From an uncultured Aliarcobacter sp. (GTDB lineage Bacteria > Campylobacterota > Campylobacteria > Campylobacterales > Arcobacteraceae), in NCBI GenBank assembly GCA_963664305.2, contig CAXXLV010000002.1:992001-1056000 (forward strand): 64,000 bases of DNA. The letters are read 5' to 3'. Shown piece after piece: positions 60,867 to 64,000 of this stretch; position 1 is the stretch's first letter; each line of letters opens with the position of its first letter. Position numbers and translations under genes: made by a program. Below the pieces are notes generated by a model, which was given only the letters and a program-made list of their open reading frames with translations, was not told where the DNA came from and ran no database searches.

Positions 60867-61343
60867 TTATATTTGATTTCTTAAAGCATTTCTTGATGCT
60901 TTATCAACAAGATTAAAAATAGTATCAATTTCATCTTTCAAACTATTTTTTTTATGTCCTTTTACTTTTATAAAAACTAAATCTAATTTATCTGATTTTT
61001 CAAAAAACAGCTTATATAATTCATGATTATTTATCAATTTATCTTTAGATGATTTGTACTCATTTTTTTCTAATTTTTCTCTTCTATCTTTTAAGTTTAT
61101 GATATTTTGACAATCAGTATAAATTTCAATTAAAGAGTTTTTATTTTCTATTTCATCTAAAGCCCAAAGTAGAGTTTGTAGTTCAAGTTTTGTGGAACTT
61201 GTATTTTCAAATTTTTTTGTTTTGATAGTTTTTTTCAAATTCTCCAAAGATAAATTTTCATCTTCAATAATCAAAAAACTTCCAAAACCAATTTTTTCTT
61301 GTGGATTTACACTTGAATCAGTAAATAATTTTATATTTTTCAT
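60867..61343 (-). CDS. ribonuclease H-like protein
   Basis: LFTDSS, LELQ, YTDCQ, KVKGH, VD. Confidence 0.8.
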   Translation of the reverse strand: MKNIKLFTDSSVNPQEKIGFGSFLIIEDENLSLENLKKTIKTKKFENTSSTKLELQTLLWALDEIENKNSLIEIYTDCQNIINLKDRREKLEKNEYKSSKDKLINNHELYKLFFEKSDKLDLVFIKVKGHKKNSLKDEIDTIFNLVDKASRNALRNQI

Positions 61344-61440
61344 AAAAGATAATACAATCTTTTATATTACAAAGTGTCATATTTTATAAAGCACATAAAA
61401 AATTTGATTATAATTGCGCTTATGTTTAGAAGGATAAAAA

Positions 61441-62790
61441 ATGGCTAAGAAAAAAATAACACTTTTTGAATGTCAACATTGTGGTGAACAATCTACAAAA
61501 TGGCTTGGAAAATGTCCAAATTGTGGCTCATGGGATAGCTTTATTGAATTAAACCAAGAACAACAAGAAGTTTTAAAACACTCTTCAAAAATTATAAATA
61601 CAACATCAAAAGCAAAACCAATAACTCAAATAGAACAAGATGATGTTACAAGATTTTCTTCTTTTAACTATGAATTTGACTTAGTTTTAGGTGGAGGAAT
61701 AGTTCCAGGAAGTTTAACTTTAATTGGTGGAAGCCCAGGAGTTGGAAAATCAACACTTTTACTAAAAGTTGCAGGAAGTATCGCAAAATCTGGGAAAAAA
61801 GTTCTTTATGTTTCTGGAGAAGAGAGTGCTGGTCAAATAAAACTAAGAGCAAATAGACTTGAAGCAAATCATGATGAACTTTTTTTATTAAGTGAAATAA
61901 AACTTGAAGAGATACAAGATGAACTACTAAGAGAAAATTATGAAGTTTGTATTATAGATTCTATTCAAACTATCTATTCTTCAAATTTAACCTCAGCACC
62001 AGGAAGTGTTTCACAAGTGCGAGAAATAACATTTGAGTTAATGAGAAAAGCAAAAGAATCAAATATTGCTATGTTTATTATTGGTCATATTACAAAAGAT
62101 GGAAGTATTGCAGGTCCTAGAGTTTTAGAACATATGGTTGATACTGTTTTATACTTTGAAGGGGAAGCTAGTAGAGAACTACGAATGCTGCGAGGTTTTA
62201 AAAATCGTTTTGGAAGTACCAGTGAAATTGGTATTTTTGAAATGACAGCAGAAGGACTTATTAGTGCAAAAGATATAGCTTCAAAATTTTTTGATAAAAG
62301 TAAATCTCAAAGTGGTTCAGCTTTAACTGTAACTATGGAAGGAAGCCGTGCTATTATACTTGAAGTTCAAGCACTTGTAACAGAAAGTACTTATCCAAAT
62401 CCAAAAAGAAGTGCAACAGGTTTTGATGCAAATAGACTTACTATGCTTCTTGCACTTTTAGAGAAGAAAATAGATTTACCACTAAATACTTATGATGTAT
62501 TCATAAACATAAGTGGTGGAATAAAAATCAAAGAGAGTTCAGCTGATTTAGCTGTAATTGCTGCTATTATTTCATCATTTAGAGATAGACCTATTTCAAA
62601 AGAATCAGCTTTTATAGGTGAAGTTTCACTAACAGGTGAAATAAAAGATGTTTATTCTATTGATTTAAGATTAAAAGAAGCCCAAGCTCAAGGTATAAAA
62701 AAAGCTGTAATTGCTCAAAAAACAAATTTGAAACTTGATATTAAGACTTTTGCAGTTGATGAAGTTTCTAAAATGATAGAACTATTTTAA
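61441..62790 (+). CDS. radA: DNA repair protein RadA/Sms
   Basis: C4 zinc finger, GSPGVGKST, KNRFG, Lon-like C-domain. Confidence 0.96.
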   Translation: MAKKKITLFECQHCGEQSTKWLGKCPNCGSWDSFIELNQEQQEVLKHSSKIINTTSKAKPITQIEQDDVTRFSSFNYEFDLVLGGGIVPGSLTLIGGSPGVGKSTLLLKVAGSIAKSGKKVLYVSGEESAGQIKLRANRLEANHDELFLLSEIKLEEIQDELLRENYEVCIIDSIQTIYSSNLTSAPGSVSQVREITFELMRKAKESNIAMFIIGHITKDGSIAGPRVLEHMVDTVLYFEGEASRELRMLRGFKNRFGSTSEIGIFEMTAEGLISAKDIASKFFDKSKSQSGSALTVTMEGSRAIILEVQALVTESTYPNPKRSATGFDANRLTMLLALLEKKIDLPLNTYDVFINISGGIKIKESSADLAVIAAIISSFRDRPISKESAFIGEVSLTGEIKDVYSIDLRLKEAQAQGIKKAVIAQKTNLKLDIKTFAVDEVSKMIELF

Positions 62791-62798
62791 GGAATAAA

Positions 62799-63218
62799 AT
62801 GATTGATTTAGATAATAGTACAGAATTTGAAATCGATGTAGTAAGTTTAGAAAATATCGCAAAAACACTTACAAAAAAAGATATTGAACTTCTTGTAGTA
62901 AAAAATGATGAAATTCAAGCTTTAAATAAAGTACATAGAAATATAGACAAAGCTACTGATGTTTTAAGTTTTCCTCTTGATTATGATTTTCCTGATGCAC
63001 CATTAGGTTCAATTGTAATTTCAACAGATTTTGTTGAAGAAAAAGCAAAAGAGTATGAACATAGTTTCAATGAAGAATTTTTACTTTTATTTATTCATGG
63101 AATTTTACATCTTTTAGGTTATGACCATGAAGTTGATAATGGTGAACATAGAAATAAAGAAGAAGAGTTAATAAAAGAGTTTAACTTACCAAATAGTTTA
63201 ATAGTAAGAAATTCTTAA
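62799..63218 (+). CDS. ybeY: rRNA maturation RNase YbeY
   Basis: TDVLSFP, HGILHLLGYDH. Confidence 0.95.
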   Translation: MIDLDNSTEFEIDVVSLENIAKTLTKKDIELLVVKNDEIQALNKVHRNIDKATDVLSFPLDYDFPDAPLGSIVISTDFVEEKAKEYEHSFNEEFLLLFIHGILHLLGYDHEVDNGEHRNKEEELIKEFNLPNSLIVRNS

Positions 63219-63251
63219 AAAATAGCCTAGTTATAAACTAGACTATTTTTT
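63217..63251. terminator. bidirectional terminator
   Basis: aaaaaatagcctagtt-ata-aactagactatttttt. Confidence 0.75.
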
Positions 63252-63257
63252 CCTAAA

Positions 63258-63662
63258 CTATTTTGAACAGTGAGGACATAAACCACTTAAAACGATACTT
63301 GTAGAATCGATTTTAAATGAGCTTAAATTATTTGCTTGTTCTTGAATAGATGAAGCATCTAACACGATATCTTCAATAAATCCACAAGAAGAACATACTA
63401 AATGTGCATGTTCAGTTTTCACCAATTCATAAACTGATTTAGAATTTGGCAACTTAACTTCTGAAAGAAAAACTTTTTCAACCATTGCATTAATATTTTT
63501 ATAGATAGTTGCTAATGATACTGAAGGGAACTTAGATAATAGTTTTTTGTATAAATCATCAATGTTCATATGACCATTTTTATAAAGTTCTTCAACAATT
63601 GCTACTCTTTGTGGAGTAACTTTTAAATCATATTCTTTTAATAAATTTGTATAATTTGTCAT
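63258..63662 (-). CDS. perR: Fur-family regulator, PerR-like
   Basis: TPQR, SLATIYKN, H.HLVC..C, C..C; divergent from a desulfoferrodoxin-type gene. Confidence 0.75.
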   Translation of the reverse strand: MTNYTNLLKEYDLKVTPQRVAIVEELYKNGHMNIDDLYKKLLSKFPSVSLATIYKNINAMVEKVFLSEVKLPNSKSVYELVKTEHAHLVCSSCGFIEDIVLDASSIQEQANNLSSFKIDSTSIVLSGLCPHCSK

Positions 63663-63840
63663 AAATTCTTCCTTTCGCGGAATGATACTACTTTAATATT
63701 TATTTCCACATAAATTATATAGCTTTTTAGATATTTTTTCTAAAAAACTCTACTTGTGTTATTATAACATAAAATTTTGCATTGGAAAATAATTTTCTTT
63801 TAAGTTTTAATATTTTACAATTCAAATAATAAATTTTATC

Positions 63841-63864
63841 CTTTAATAAACTTAATTATTAAAG
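63841..63864. promoter_or_regulatory. inverted repeat, candidate PerR/Fur operator
   Basis: ctttaataa-acttaa-ttattaaag just upstream of TATAAT of the next gene. Confidence 0.45.
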
Positions 63865-63914
63865 TTTAGTTTATTTAATGATATAATAAAAAATTCAAAA
63901 TAAAAGGGAAAAAA

Positions 63915-64000
63915 ATGAAACAATACGAAACTTATAAATGTAATAAATGTGGTAATGAAGTAGAAGTACAAAATGTTGGTGGAGGAACTTTACACTGCTG
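63915..64000 (+). CDS. desulfoferrodoxin FeS4-type domain protein, partial
   Basis: MKQYETYKCNKCGNEVEVQNVGGGTLHC; runs off window end. Confidence 0.8.
   Translation, partial: MKQYETYKCNKCGNEVEVQNVGGGTLHC

Noticed and set aside
1845..61867. Many 60-130 aa ORFs antisense to or inside well-supported genes (e.g. 1845, 8072, 10385, 15971, 47489, 58208)
   Set aside because: They fully overlap recognisable genes and show no motifs or RBS.
1..64000. Apparent scarcity of GATC
   Set aside because: An impression by eye only; it needs a k-mer count against a Markov background and cannot be tied to the island methyltransferases.

Overview
AT-rich chromosomal window whose gene content and order (nadB-nhaD-guaA; rsmD-rny-5-FTHF cyclo-ligase-tlpA-ftsY; radA-ybeY-perR; Csd4/Pgp1; TsdA) point to a Campylobacterota genome, most likely Arcobacteraceae (inference). 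The main accessory feature is a ~15.0 kb integrative mobilizable element (18432-33437). It is bounded by a 28/29-bp direct repeat equal to the 5' end of an ABC-F (uup-like) gene. It encodes a tyrosine integrase, a Rep-like HTH protein, a MOBV relaxase, a candidate R-M system with a fused double C5-methyltransferase and a PD-(D/E)xK nuclease, a J-domain protein, an orphan M.SssI-like C5 methyltransferase and two unannotated small peptides. It also carries several structured non-coding DNAs, including a ~257-nt hairpin that folds well only on the + strand and resembles an ssDNA (Frpo-type) promoter. Other notable items are a 100-bp attC-like hairpin with a cassette-like ORF right after guaA, a tsdA-Cache-RR-HK cluster, and a 2225-aa autotransporter with 7.3 identical 273-bp repeats followed by a PPIase-like gene and a lipoprotein hydrolase gene. 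No rRNA, tRNA, CRISPR array or IS transposase was recognised. All calls are by eye from motifs; no database searches were run.
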